Shown here piece after piece: positions 40,988-50,136 of a stretch of 50,136 nucleotides of DNA. Source of the stretch: Fidelibacterota bacterium (lineage in GTDB: Bacteria > Fidelibacterota > Fidelibacteria > Fidelibacterales > DSDE01); contig JBJKQR010000053.1 of the NCBI GenBank assembly GCA_046735395.1, positions 1 through 50,136 on the forward strand, given 5' to 3'. The position numbers and the translations under genes are program-made. A model generated the notes under the pieces. The model was given only the letters and a program-made list of their open reading frames with translations. It had not been told where the DNA came from and did no database searches. Position 1 is the stretch's first letter, and each line of letters starts with the position of its first letter.

Positions 40988-41158
40988 ATGGAAGTATTCG
41001 CTCTCACATTCATCCTGCTCAGTATCATATTCATTGTGCTTACCGTTAATAGATTTGTACACCAGAAGGGGCGTCATGCCCTGGCTGACCAGAAAAAGCG
41101 GGCCCGGAAAATGCGGCGGGTCAGCGAATATCCGCCGAATTACAAGCCGAAATTCTGA
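40988..41158 (+). CDS. Small single-TM protein (56 aa, below the ORF-track cutoff)
   Basis: MEVFALTFILLSIIFIVLTVNRFVHQKGRHALADQKKRARKMRRVSEYPPNYKPKF: hydrophobic helix followed by a basic tail. Confidence 0.55.
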   Translation: MEVFALTFILLSIIFIVLTVNRFVHQKGRHALADQKKRARKMRRVSEYPPNYKPKF

Positions 41159-41212
41159 CCGAATCTCCGGAGGCTTTCTGACAGCCGGAAGCTGACAGCT
41201 ATTAAATCAGGA

Positions 41213-42388
41213 TTGCAAATAAAATTGTCCTTGAAAAATACATCTGAATCTTCGAAGCGGCGGGCAGTCGTAGGCATGAGCGGTGGTGTGGACTCTTCCG
41301 TGGCCGCTCATCTGATGCTGCAATCCGGATACGACGTCACCGGCGTAACCCTTAAGCTTACCTGTGATATACTGACCCGGGACGGATTCATCGAGGACAG
41401 CAGCTGCTGCAGTGTGGACGACATCCGCAAAGCCCGTGAAAATTGCGATCGTTTCGCGATTCCCCATCATGTTCTGAATTTTTCCGCCGGCTTCAACGAA
41501 CGGATTGTAAAGGATTTCGCCCGGGAATATTTCGCCGGACGCACCCCCAATCCCTGCATTCTCTGCAACCGGGAAATGAAATGGACGGATCTGCTGTCGT
41601 GGATGGATGAACAGGGCCTGGAGATTCTGGCTACCGGACACTACGCCCGGCTGCAGCGAAATGATCAGACGGGACGCATCGAACTTCTGAAGGCCCGCGA
41701 TCCGGAAAAGGACCAGAGTTATGTACTCTGGGCGCTCAGTCAGGAACAGCTGGCGCGCACCTGCTTTCCCCTCGGTGATCTGACGAAGACGGAAGTCCGG
41801 GCACTGGCTGCCGATCTACGGCTGGCCAACGCCGAAAAGCCCGATTCACAGGATATCTGCTTCGTACCTGACAATAATTACCGGACTTTTCTCGAAGCCT
41901 ATGACGGAGACCGCTCTCGCAGTATCGGGCCGGGAAACTTTGTGGATGCCGGCGGCAACGTGGTCGGGCGCCATGAAGGATATTACAGATATACGGTGGG
42001 ACAGCGACGCGGCCTCAGGCTGGCGCTGGGACATCCTGTCTATGTGAAGCGCATTGATCCCGAACGCAACGAGGTCATGGTCGTGCCGGCCGGGGATCTG
42101 GGAAATGCCGGCTGCCTGCTGAGCTCTGTTAACTGGATCTCCATGGATGCTCCCGACGGAGCAACCGGGGCGCTGGTTAAAATACGTTACCGGCACAGAG
42201 GCCACGCAGCTCAACTCATTCCTTTAAATTCAGGAAAAATTGTCGTAAATTTCGAGGATGCCGCCGAATCCGTCACGCCCGGACAATCCGCAGTGTTTTA
42301 CGATGGCGACAGAGTATTGGGTGGCGGGATTATCGAAACGGCGCTGGACAACCCGGAGGATGTGGAAAGATGTCTAAAGTCACAGTAA
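41213..42388 (+). CDS. mnmA: tRNA-specific 2-thiouridylase
   Basis: GMSGGVDSSV, TPNPCILCN, ATGHYA, KDQSYVL, SQDICF, YTVGQR, TPGQSAVFY. Confidence 0.97.
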   Translation: MQIKLSLKNTSESSKRRAVVGMSGGVDSSVAAHLMLQSGYDVTGVTLKLTCDILTRDGFIEDSSCCSVDDIRKARENCDRFAIPHHVLNFSAGFNERIVKDFAREYFAGRTPNPCILCNREMKWTDLLSWMDEQGLEILATGHYARLQRNDQTGRIELLKARDPEKDQSYVLWALSQEQLARTCFPLGDLTKTEVRALAADLRLANAEKPDSQDICFVPDNNYRTFLEAYDGDRSRSIGPGNFVDAGGNVVGRHEGYYRYTVGQRRGLRLALGHPVYVKRIDPERNEVMVVPAGDLGNAGCLLSSVNWISMDAPDGATGALVKIRYRHRGHAAQLIPLNSGKIVVNFEDAAESVTPGQSAVFYDGDRVLGGGIIETALDNPEDVERCLKSQ

Positions 42389-43167
42389 ACACCCTGCAGC
42401 AGCTCAAGGAAAAGGGCGAAAAAATTACGGCCCTGACGGCCTATGATGCCATTTTTGCCGCCTATCTCGACGAGGCGGGACTGGACATCATTCTCGTGGG
42501 GGACAGCGTGGGCATGGTCGTCGCCGGCCATGAAACAACCCTTCCTGTAACGCTTGATGAAATTATTTATCATACAAAGGCGGTTCGGAGAGCCGTAAAA
42601 CGGGCGCTGCTGGTGGCAGACATGCCCTTTCTCAGCTACCAGATCAGCGAGACGGATGCCCTGGCCAATATCGGCCGGGTCATGAAGGAAACCGGCGCGG
42701 AATGCGTCAAGATCGAAGGAGGCAGACACGTGGCTCCCCTCGTGGAACGCTGCAGCGAAATCGGCATCCCGGTCATGGGGCATATCGGCATGACGCCTCA
42801 GAGCGTGCACCGCTTCGGCGGATTCCTGACCCAGGGAACCAGTGAAGAGCAGGAAGCCATCCTGCTCGAAGATGCGGCCGCCCTGGAAAAAGCCGGCGCC
42901 ATTGCTATCGTCATCGAAAAAATTCCTGCCGCACCGGCCGGTAAAATTTCCCGGTCTCTCACCATTCCCACCATCGGAATCGGAGCCGGCCCCGAGACAG
43001 ACGGACAGATTCTCGTCACCCAGGATATGCTGGGCATGTACGACAAATTCCATCCCAAATTCGTCCGCCGCTATCTGGAACTTGCCAGCGAAATCAAATC
43101 TGCATTGGGTGAATATATCAAAGATGTGAAAAACACATCCTTTCCCTCTTCGGGAGAAAGCTACTGA
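42370..43167 (+). CDS. panB: 3-methyl-2-oxobutanoate hydroxymethyltransferase
   Basis: LTAYD, LVGDS, DMPFLSY, VKIEGG, GHIGMTPQ, IGIGAG. Confidence 0.97.
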   Translation: MSKVTVNTLQQLKEKGEKITALTAYDAIFAAYLDEAGLDIILVGDSVGMVVAGHETTLPVTLDEIIYHTKAVRRAVKRALLVADMPFLSYQISETDALANIGRVMKETGAECVKIEGGRHVAPLVERCSEIGIPVMGHIGMTPQSVHRFGGFLTQGTSEEQEAILLEDAAALEKAGAIAIVIEKIPAAPAGKISRSLTIPTIGIGAGPETDGQILVTQDMLGMYDKFHPKFVRRYLELASEIKSALGEYIKDVKNTSFPSSGESY

Positions 43168-44024
43168 TGGAAATCATTTCCACTGTTGACGGCGTTCGCC
43201 GGAAAATGGAGGCCCTGCGCTGTGCGGGAAAACGCATCGCGTTCGTTCCCACGATGGGCGCCCTCCACGACGGCCATCTCTCTCTCTGCCGCCGGGCACG
43301 GAAAGAGGCCGATATCGTCATCATGTCCATCTATGTGAACCCGACCCAGTTCGGCCCGAATGAAGATTTGGACCGCTACCCCCGCGACCGGGAGGGTGAT
43401 GAAAGAAAAGCCGGATCCGCCGGCGTGGATATTCTGTTCTACCCCGATGCGGCCCTCATGTACGAAGCGGACCACCGCAGCTGGGTATCGGTGGACGAGC
43501 TGGGCAGTATTCTCTGCGGACAGAGCCGTCCCGGACACTTTCGCGGCGTCACCACCATCGTGGCCAAGCTTCTGAATATCGTCCGCCCGCATGACCTGAT
43601 CATGGGCCAGAAGGACGCTCAGCAGGCCGCCATCATTCAGCGGATGATCCGGGATCTGAATTTCGATACCCGGCTTGTGCTGGCGCCCATTATCCGCGAA
43701 ACGGACGGCCTGGCCATGAGTTCACGCAATGTTTATCTCCGGGGAGAAGACCGGCATCGGGCACTGATTCTGCATCAGAGCCTCACTCTGGCCGAAAGAC
43801 TTATCGAACGCGGAGAAACGGATCCGAATACGATTCTCGACCAGGCCCGAAGTCTGATTCAGAATCAGGAGGGAGTCACCCTCGATTATCTGGAGATACG
43901 CAGTTACCCAGGGCTACAGCCTGTAACAAACACGGAGGGGAGAGTCCTGATCGCCGGCGCCATTCTCCTTGCGGATGTGAGATTAATTGACAATATTATC
44001 ATAGAACAGGGATCAAAGCAATGA
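43167..44024 (+). CDS. panC: Pantoate--beta-alanine ligase
   Basis: VPTMGALHDGH, VNPTQF, RPGHFRGV, GQKDAQQ, GLAMSSRN, RLIDN. Confidence 0.97.
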   Translation: MEIISTVDGVRRKMEALRCAGKRIAFVPTMGALHDGHLSLCRRARKEADIVIMSIYVNPTQFGPNEDLDRYPRDREGDERKAGSAGVDILFYPDAALMYEADHRSWVSVDELGSILCGQSRPGHFRGVTTIVAKLLNIVRPHDLIMGQKDAQQAAIIQRMIRDLNFDTRLVLAPIIRETDGLAMSSRNVYLRGEDRHRALILHQSLTLAERLIERGETDPNTILDQARSLIQNQEGVTLDYLEIRSYPGLQPVTNTEGRVLIAGAILLADVRLIDNIIIEQGSKQ

Positions 44025-44383
44025 TTCGGAAATTCTTGAAATCCAAACTGCACCGGGCCGTCGTGACCCAGAGCAATCTGAATTATGAAGGAAGCATTAC
44101 CATAGACAGCGAACTCATGGACATGGCTCAGATTGACGAGTTCGAAATGGTTCAGGTCGTCAATATCAATAACGGCGCCCGCTTCGAGACCTATGCCATC
44201 CGGGGCGAAGCCGGCTCACGCACCATCGGCCTCAATGGAGCCGCAGCACGTCTCGGCGTCGTGGGAGACCGCGTCATCATCATGACCTACTGCGACCTGC
44301 ACCCGGAGGAAGTCGCCGCCCACAAGCCCAAAATCGTCGTTCTGGACGAACAGAATAACTTCAAGAAGGAAATCAGCCGCTGA
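44021..44383 (+). CDS. panD: Aspartate 1-decarboxylase
   Basis: KSKLHRA, YEGSITID, NGARFETY, NGAAARL. Confidence 0.97.
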   Translation: MIRKFLKSKLHRAVVTQSNLNYEGSITIDSELMDMAQIDEFEMVQVVNINNGARFETYAIRGEAGSRTIGLNGAAARLGVVGDRVIIMTYCDLHPEEVAAHKPKIVVLDEQNNFKKEISR

Positions 44384-45120
44384 TGAATCAACTCACCACC
44401 CTGATCCTTGCTGCCGGCAAGGGAACCCGTATGAAAAGTGATCTCCCCAAAGTCCTGCATAAACTCAACGGAAGACCTCTCATATCTCATGTCATCAGTC
44501 AGGCCCGAAAAATTCACAGCGACCGCATTATTGCCATTATCGGCCATAAAAAAGATCTGGTGATCAGTGAACTCAGCGATGAACATATCGAGTTTGCCAT
44601 TCAGGAACAGCAGCTGGGCACCGGCCATGCCGTTCTCATGGCGGAGGCGAATCTCGAGGGCTGGGATGGCGATCTGCTTATTCTATCCGGGGATGTTCCC
44701 CTGCTCAGCGCCGAAACCCTCGCCCGCCTGCTGGAGACACATCGCGGCAGCGGCAGTGACGCCACCGTCCTGACCACAGAACTGGAAGATCCCTTCGGTT
44801 ACGGACGTATCGTGAGACGCGCCGACGGAACCCTGGACCGCATTGTGGAGGAAAAGGATGCCGATGATGCAATCCGACAGATTAAAGAGATTAATTCCGG
44901 TATTTATGTCTTTAAAAAGGAACTTCTATTTCTTAAGTTACGTTCAGTGGGTAATAACAATTCACAGAAGGAATATTATCTGCCGGATGTTCTGCCTATG
45001 ATGATCAAAGAGAACCGAAAAGTCTCCGTATTCATGTCGGAAAATGCCGCGGAGATTCAGGGTGTCAATACAGTGGAACAGCTCCGTGCGATGGAAATCC
45101 TTATGGGAGAAAATCCATGA
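44383..45120 (+). CDS. GlmU N-terminal-like sugar-phosphate nucleotidyltransferase (no acetyltransferase domain)
   Basis: LAAGKGTRMKSDLPKVLH, QLGTGHA, GDVPL, GYGRI, EINSGIY, EYYL, GVN; ends at 245 aa. Confidence 0.9.
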   Translation: MNQLTTLILAAGKGTRMKSDLPKVLHKLNGRPLISHVISQARKIHSDRIIAIIGHKKDLVISELSDEHIEFAIQEQQLGTGHAVLMAEANLEGWDGDLLILSGDVPLLSAETLARLLETHRGSGSDATVLTTELEDPFGYGRIVRRADGTLDRIVEEKDADDAIRQIKEINSGIYVFKKELLFLKLRSVGNNNSQKEYYLPDVLPMMIKENRKVSVFMSENAAEIQGVNTVEQLRAMEILMGENP

Positions 45121-45623
45121 AAAACGTTTTTCTTGCAGTTCTTGTCGCACTCATGGCTCTGCCGCTTCAGGCACAGTTTGCCAGCCGGCAGGCCGGATTT
45201 GACAGCCGCGACATAGGCATGTCAATCCACCATTCCGGAGATATGGCCGGCTTTTTATCCCGCCTTCAGATGCAGCATTCCGTTTCCATGTCGGTCGGCT
45301 CCTCGTCGCGGGGAAGCCAGTCCGCTCTCAGCTATCAGAATAATTTTTTCCTGCCCATCAGCAACCGGATTCGCCTGGCCGGTTCCGTGTCCATTGTTCA
45401 ACCCACATTTTCCGGCGGACTCTATGCCAGACTGCCCGGCCAGTTCAGCCAGACCAGCATTTACTACGATACCCAGGTTCAGTTTGACCTGGGCGAGAAT
45501 ACCAAACTCAATATCGGCCTTTCAAATATTCCACGCTATTATGTTCCCGGATATGCAGCACCCGGGTATTTCAATGGTCTACAATATTATGGAGCCCCGG
45601 GTTTATGGCAAATAAACGAGTAA
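45117..45623 (+). CDS. Hypothetical exported protein
   Basis: Signal peptide (LQA|Q); overlaps neighbours at both ends within the operon. Confidence 0.7.
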   Translation: MKNVFLAVLVALMALPLQAQFASRQAGFDSRDIGMSIHHSGDMAGFLSRLQMQHSVSMSVGSSSRGSQSALSYQNNFFLPISNRIRLAGSVSIVQPTFSGGLYARLPGQFSQTSIYYDTQVQFDLGENTKLNIGLSNIPRYYVPGYAAPGYFNGLQYYGAPGLWQINE

Positions 45624-46447
45624 AGAAAAAATATCCTCAGCGCGCGGTCAATCCGACCCATTATCTGTTGAACGGAGTGATCGCAGCTCTCATTCTCGTT
45701 ATCTTTCTGTTTATTTATTCGCTGTATGACAGCCGCATCCGTGTGGAAAACAACATGGCCGCCTATACCGGTGCAGATCTGGAAAATATTCCCACGGCCC
45801 TTCTCATCGATCAGGAAAACCGCAAAGCGGAAGTCGATCTGGTGGTGCAGGTTCTGAACGGCTGCGGTGTCCCCGGACTGGCCGCTCAGTTTCAGGGAAT
45901 CCTCAACCGCAAGGGCGTGGACGTCATTGATGTGGGCAATGCACCTTCCCAGGAATATGACCACAGTACTATTTATTTCTACGGCAATACGCTGGACAAG
46001 GCCTTCAGACTGGCTGATATGCTCGGCATCGATAAAGGGAAAATTTTTGAGAAGGAAAAAACCAACCTCGGAAACGATCTCACATTGGTGCTGGGAAAGG
46101 ATTACGCCGGCCTGGACAAGGTAAAAATCCCCCGGGATGAAGTGAAGCTGCAGATCCTCAACGGCTGCGGCGTCAACGGCATTTCCCGGCGCTATCAGAA
46201 TTATTTCGAAGTCAAGGGTTACCAGGTAATAGATGTTCGCAATGCCAGAAATTTTCGCTACGACCGGACGGAACTCCAGTATTCGGACCCGTCCTACTCG
46301 GAGGAAATCACCTCACTCAAAACCATTCTCGGATTGTCCGACTCCCAGATCAAGCGGGTTTCGGATATCGGGAAAGCCGATATTTCGCTGATTCTGGGAC
46401 ACGATTATGCCTGGCTAACCCCCTATTCCCAGTTGAGAGATCAGTAA
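45605..46447 (+). CDS. Membrane protein with two LytR C-terminal domains
   Basis: TM followed by VQVLNGCGVPGLA...LVLGKDY and LQILNGCGVNGIS...LILGHDY. Confidence 0.88.
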   Translation: MANKRVKKKYPQRAVNPTHYLLNGVIAALILVIFLFIYSLYDSRIRVENNMAAYTGADLENIPTALLIDQENRKAEVDLVVQVLNGCGVPGLAAQFQGILNRKGVDVIDVGNAPSQEYDHSTIYFYGNTLDKAFRLADMLGIDKGKIFEKEKTNLGNDLTLVLGKDYAGLDKVKIPRDEVKLQILNGCGVNGISRRYQNYFEVKGYQVIDVRNARNFRYDRTELQYSDPSYSEEITSLKTILGLSDSQIKRVSDIGKADISLILGHDYAWLTPYSQLRDQ

Positions 46448-46448
46448 C

Positions 46449-46847
46449 ATGCCCCGTACAAAGCAAGGAAACCCGGAACAGTCACGAATGCTGGCCGGGA
46501 AAATCGGTGAGTTGGCCCTCAGTAAAAAGGCCGAAGATGTTGTCCTGCTCGATATGAGCAAAATATCCGGTTTCACGGATTATTTCGTGATCTGTCACGG
46601 AAACGGCGAGCTGCATGTGAAGGCCATCTGCGATGCGGTGGAGGACGGCCTCGCCGACGAAAAAATCAAAGCCTGGCATCGTGAAGGGTATGAGAATAAA
46701 AAATGGGTGCTTCTCGATTATGTGGATGTGGTCTGCCATGTCTTTGATCGGGACTCCCGGCAGTTTTACAACCTGGAACAGCTCTGGGGTGATGCTGAAA
46801 AGGAAATTCTCGAGGACCGCGTGCCCCTCCCCCCGCAACAACTCTGA
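46449..46847 (+). CDS. rsfS: Ribosome silencing factor
   Basis: KKAEDV, TDYFVIC, WVLLDYVDVVCHVF, FYNLEQLW. Confidence 0.96.
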   Translation: MPRTKQGNPEQSRMLAGKIGELALSKKAEDVVLLDMSKISGFTDYFVICHGNGELHVKAICDAVEDGLADEKIKAWHREGYENKKWVLLDYVDVVCHVFDRDSRQFYNLEQLWGDAEKEILEDRVPLPPQQL

Positions 46848-46877
46848 TATCAATTTATAAAACAGGACCCAAAGATT

Positions 46878-48506
46878 ATGCAGACCCAGATCAGGAACAT
46901 GCTGAATGCATTTCTGAATGACCGGAATATCCCGGATCCCGATTTTGTCGTAGAACGGCCCAAGAACACGAGCTTCGGGCATTTTTCCAGCAATATCGCC
47001 ATGAAACTGGCCCGGACCCTGCGGAAAAGACCGCTGGATATCGCTGAGGAGATCCGCAGCTTTATAGGACGACCGGCCTTTCCCGTCCGGGACATTTCTG
47101 TGGCCGCACCGGGTTTTATCAATTTTACCCTGGAAAATCTCCATTTCCAGTCCCTGATCGGAGAAATCATTGAAAAAGGGACGGATTTTCGCCGCAGCAA
47201 GGATTTCGAAGGAAAAAAAGCACAGGTGGAATTTGTTTCCGCCAACCCCACCGGACCGCTCACCATCGGCCATGGGCGGCAGGCTGTCCTGGGAGATGCT
47301 ATCGCCCGCATTCTCGACTGGCATGGCTACGAGGTCACCCGCGAATATTACTTCAATGATGCCGGACGTCAGATGCGCCTGCTCGGTGAATCCGTCTATG
47401 CCCGCTACATGGAGCTCATCGGCAGGGACTACGCCATTCCCGAAGGCGGATACGAAGGCGAATATATCATTGACATTGCCCGGAGCTTCCGGAAACAGTA
47501 CGGCGACGGACTCACCGCCGATCCCCATGATCAGCGCTTCGTGGATTTCGCGAATCAGGACGTGTTCAATACAATCCGGACCACGCTGCACCGGCTGAAC
47601 ATCATTCACGATGTCTATTACAATGAAAAGGATCTTTACCAGTCCGGAAAAATCAAGGAAGTCCTGGGGCTCCTGGAGGAAAAGGGCTATCTCTACAGTT
47701 TCGAGGGCGCGACCTGGTTCAAGGCTACGTCCTTCGGCGCTGAGAAGGACCGGGTTCTGGTGAAAAGCAGCGGAGAGCCTACGTACCGGCTGCCGGACAT
47801 CGCCTACCATCGTGAAAAACTGCGCCGGGGCTTCGATCTGATTATCGACATCTTCGGTTCGGATCATCACGCCACCTATCCCGACGTGGATTCCGGCCTC
47901 CGGGCCATGGGCCTGGACACCTCCTCCATCAAGGTTCTGCTGCATCAGTTCGTCACCCTCACCCGGGACGGCGAAAAAGTGAAGATGTCCACCCGCAAAG
48001 CCAATTTCGTCACCTTGGACGAGCTGGTCGACATTACGGGCAAGGATGTGGTGCGCTATTTTTATCTCATGCGCTCCATGGATTCCCATCTGAATTTTGA
48101 CCTGGGCCTGGCGCAGAAGGAAGGCGAGGAAAATCCCGTCTTCTATATCCAGTACGCCAATGCCCGTATTGCAAATATCCTGCTGCACAGCGGCGAGAAG
48201 GGCATCGATACCTGGGAGGACGGGGATGTATCCCTGCTGAATGAAAACGAGGAACTGGACATGCTCAAGGTCCTCGATGAATACCGGGATGTACTGGACA
48301 TGAGTCTTTCCAGCCTGGACCCCGTGAATCTCACCATTTATGCCACAACCCTGGCAACGGCCTTTCATAAATTCTACGCATCCCATCGCGTCGTCAGCGA
48401 TGACATTCCCCTGTCGAAAGCCCGTCTGAAAATGATCCGCGCCGTCAAACAGATCTTTGAGAATCTGCTGGGCCTGCTGGGCATCACCGCACCCGATTCC
48501 ATGTAA
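46878..48506 (+). CDS. argS: Arginine--tRNA ligase
   Basis: EFVSANPTGPLTIGHGR, YYFNDAG, KMSTRK, NPVFYIQYA. Confidence 0.97.
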   Translation: MQTQIRNMLNAFLNDRNIPDPDFVVERPKNTSFGHFSSNIAMKLARTLRKRPLDIAEEIRSFIGRPAFPVRDISVAAPGFINFTLENLHFQSLIGEIIEKGTDFRRSKDFEGKKAQVEFVSANPTGPLTIGHGRQAVLGDAIARILDWHGYEVTREYYFNDAGRQMRLLGESVYARYMELIGRDYAIPEGGYEGEYIIDIARSFRKQYGDGLTADPHDQRFVDFANQDVFNTIRTTLHRLNIIHDVYYNEKDLYQSGKIKEVLGLLEEKGYLYSFEGATWFKATSFGAEKDRVLVKSSGEPTYRLPDIAYHREKLRRGFDLIIDIFGSDHHATYPDVDSGLRAMGLDTSSIKVLLHQFVTLTRDGEKVKMSTRKANFVTLDELVDITGKDVVRYFYLMRSMDSHLNFDLGLAQKEGEENPVFYIQYANARIANILLHSGEKGIDTWEDGDVSLLNENEELDMLKVLDEYRDVLDMSLSSLDPVNLTIYATTLATAFHKFYASHRVVSDDIPLSKARLKMIRAVKQIFENLLGLLGITAPDSM

Positions 48507-48602
48507 AAAAAGCGCTGCTGCAGCGGCATTCCCGCAGAAACCCTGCACCCTGATTGTATAGATTAAATATGAGAAAACCGGGTCAGTCCGGCCGCAGTGA
48601 AT

Positions 48603-48968
48603 TTATCTGATAATTTCTTCGATGGTTGCTGTCAGCGTGCTCAGCTGAAAGGGTTTGGCCAGCGTGGTATTCGCACCCAGCTGTGAAGCCAGGGTCAGGT
48701 AATCCTCATGCGAGATCCGGCCTCCGCCCGACATGGCGATAATGGGTACGTCCTTGTCCTGTTTGCGAATTTTCAGAATGGTCTCAATTCCATCCATATC
48801 CGGCATGACAATATCCGTGATGATCAGGTCATAGCTTCCCTTTTCGAGCAGAGCCAGCGCGTCCTTGGCCTTCAGCGCCCCGTCCACCTCATATCCGCAC
48901 TCACCCAGGTACTGAACCATCATCTCATTCAGCAGATCATCATCATCAATTACCAGTATTCGCTTCAA
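48603..48968 (-). CDS. Single-domain response regulator
   Basis: ILVIDDD, TDIVMPDMDG, MSGG, KPF. Confidence 0.93.
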   Translation of the reverse strand: MKRILVIDDDDLLNEMMVQYLGECGYEVDGALKAKDALALLEKGSYDLIITDIVMPDMDGIETILKIRKQDKDVPIIAMSGGGRISHEDYLTLASQLGANTTLAKPFQLSTLTATIEEIIR

Positions 48969-49039
48969 CCCATACTCCCTAAAATGTGGCGTAATATGCC
49001 GAAATCCCCACCTAATTACAAGCGTATAATCTTCATTCT

Positions 49040-49392
49040 CGGGTTGATGCGTTGGGTATTCGTTGGCGGGTTGGAGTGTTGGAGTGTTGGCGGGTTAGCG
49101 CGTTAAGGCGAAAGAAACGAGAAACTGCTATGAAATATCGCAGCACCTTCCTCTTTCTTCCTGGCTCCTGGCGCCTTGATCCTTATGCCTTTCTTGCCGC
49201 GTCGTAGCTGAGCGGAGCGAAATGTAGACGGGTAAATGAGTAGATGAGTATATGTGAAAGAAACGAGGAACTGTCCTGCTATGGAATATCGCAGCACCAT
49301 CTTGAGGCCTACTCGCTACTCGTTACTCGATACTCGTTACTGTCGAAGTGAAACGAAGACGGGCAACTCGATACTGGCGAAGCGAAGACGGA
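49040..49392. repeat. Composite intergenic repeat region
   Basis: 8-bp-period GTTGGAGT/GTTGGCGG tract (49040-49106); ~41-46 bp direct repeat GAAAGAAACGAG..ACTG..CTATG.AATATCGCAGCACC (49110 and 49256); 7-mer TACTCG(C/T/A) tandem (~49310-49341); CGAAGACGG repeats. Confidence 0.75.
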
Positions 49393-49405
49393 CCTGCTTC
49401 ATCTA

Positions 49406-49443
49406 TAAAAAAAAACCGCCCCTGCTGATGAGGAGCGGCTTTT
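49406..49443. terminator. Probable bidirectional terminator
   Basis: A-run, CCGCCCCT-N7-AGGAGCGG imperfect stem, T-run. Confidence 0.55.
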
Positions 49444-49476
49444 CAAATACTGTCCAGTATAGTCCTTTCCTCTTTT

Positions 49477-50136
49477 TTAGTTATTTCTCCTGCCTATCAG
49501 TATTTTATTCGAATAAAATACTCCTACTATCAAATTATCCTTTATAGCTCCGTTTCCCAAGTCTATAACAGAGGGAAAATCCGGATTAATGTGTTTATAG
49601 GTTTTTCCATTATAATGAGCAATCTCTCCATCAATTGTGAAAAAATAGACATCATTTACTGCATTTGCCTGAATGGCATGAACAGCATACAGATCATTTA
49701 ACATCGTACTTTCTCTTATTATTAGTTTAGTAGTATTCGAAGCAATATGCCAACGAACAAAGGCAGTTTGGACTGTGTTAAATATAACATGATCCCGGAG
49801 AACATCTACCGAGTAAAACAAGCCTGCATCACCGACTGTCCAGTCACCATCTGGTATGGATGAATGTCGTTTAATATTTACTTCCTTATCTCTGATCTCA
49901 AGCAGATAACTATCTTGATCGTAGTAACTCCATGCTGTTGCCACAATAATATCATCATTTCCGGATATATCCTTTATGTCTACACTTATACCACTATCTA
50001 TTTTATCAAAACCATCGCCGTCATAATGCACCAGGCTCCCCTTATCCCCCGCAAACCAGATGTCATCCGGCGATGAGGCCCAGATGTGATTCATACCTCC
50101 ATCTGAACTGCGCAATACATTCATATCCCATAGATG
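49477..50136 (-). CDS. Hypothetical beta-propeller-like protein, C-terminal part (runs off the window end)
   Basis: Frame open to the window end; repeated IWASSPDDIWFAG...HYDG / IQANAVNDVYFF...HYNG motifs; low GC. Confidence 0.7.
   Translation of the reverse strand, partial: HLWDMNVLRSSDGGMNHIWASSPDDIWFAGDKGSLVHYDGDGFDKIDSGISVDIKDISGNDDIIVATAWSYYDQDSYLLEIRDKEVNIKRHSSIPDGDWTVGDAGLFYSVDVLRDHVIFNTVQTAFVRWHIASNTTKLIIRESTMLNDLYAVHAIQANAVNDVYFFTIDGEIAHYNGKTYKHINPDFPSVIDLGNGAIKDNLIVGVFYSNKILIGRRNN

Noticed and set aside
40787..41077. 96-aa minus-strand ORF and other short ORFs in the cheW-mnmA gap
   Set aside because: No motifs or RBS; they overlap regulatory elements and a more protein-like plus-strand small ORF.
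46482..48548. 688-aa minus-strand ORF
   Set aside because: Antisense shadow of rsfS/argS with no recognisable motifs.
679..48968. Selenoprotein (UGA read-through) candidates, prompted by tRNA-Sec
   Set aside because: The TGA-terminated genes I checked end at their expected C-termini. The in-frame TGA upstream of moaA lies inside the riboswitch. No Sec/Cys-aligned UGA was seen.

Overview
A bacterial chromosomal window, mostly about 50-55% GC by eye, with low-GC, repeat-rich edges. From left to right it holds: the left end of an IS5-family element; a Moco-riboswitch-controlled molybdopterin operon (moaA with an apparent CTG start, moaCB, moeA, MOSC protein); murQ; a diguanylate cyclase; coaE/adk; a hydrolase/detox cluster; a pyrimidine operon with two gene fusions (pyrB-pyrI and pyrD-pyrK); tRNA-Sec; a 5'-nucleotidase; HTH-PTS EIIA/ClC/MscS genes; bacterioferritin; and a Crp/Fnr-DUF2892 pair. 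An approximately 10 kb sensory cluster follows: MCP-hemerythrin, hybrid histidine kinase, a dCache-CheD-like fusion, an MCP and cheW under a sigma54 promoter. The window ends with the housekeeping run mnmA-panBCD-glmU(N)-LytR_C-rsfS-argS. The most unusual item is the protein at 35498..37018. It has a single membrane anchor and a dCache sensor fused, with no second TM helix, to a CheD-like Cys/His deamidase domain, and its gene sits 1 nt from a hybrid kinase gene. All calls come from motif recognition by eye; no database searches were run.
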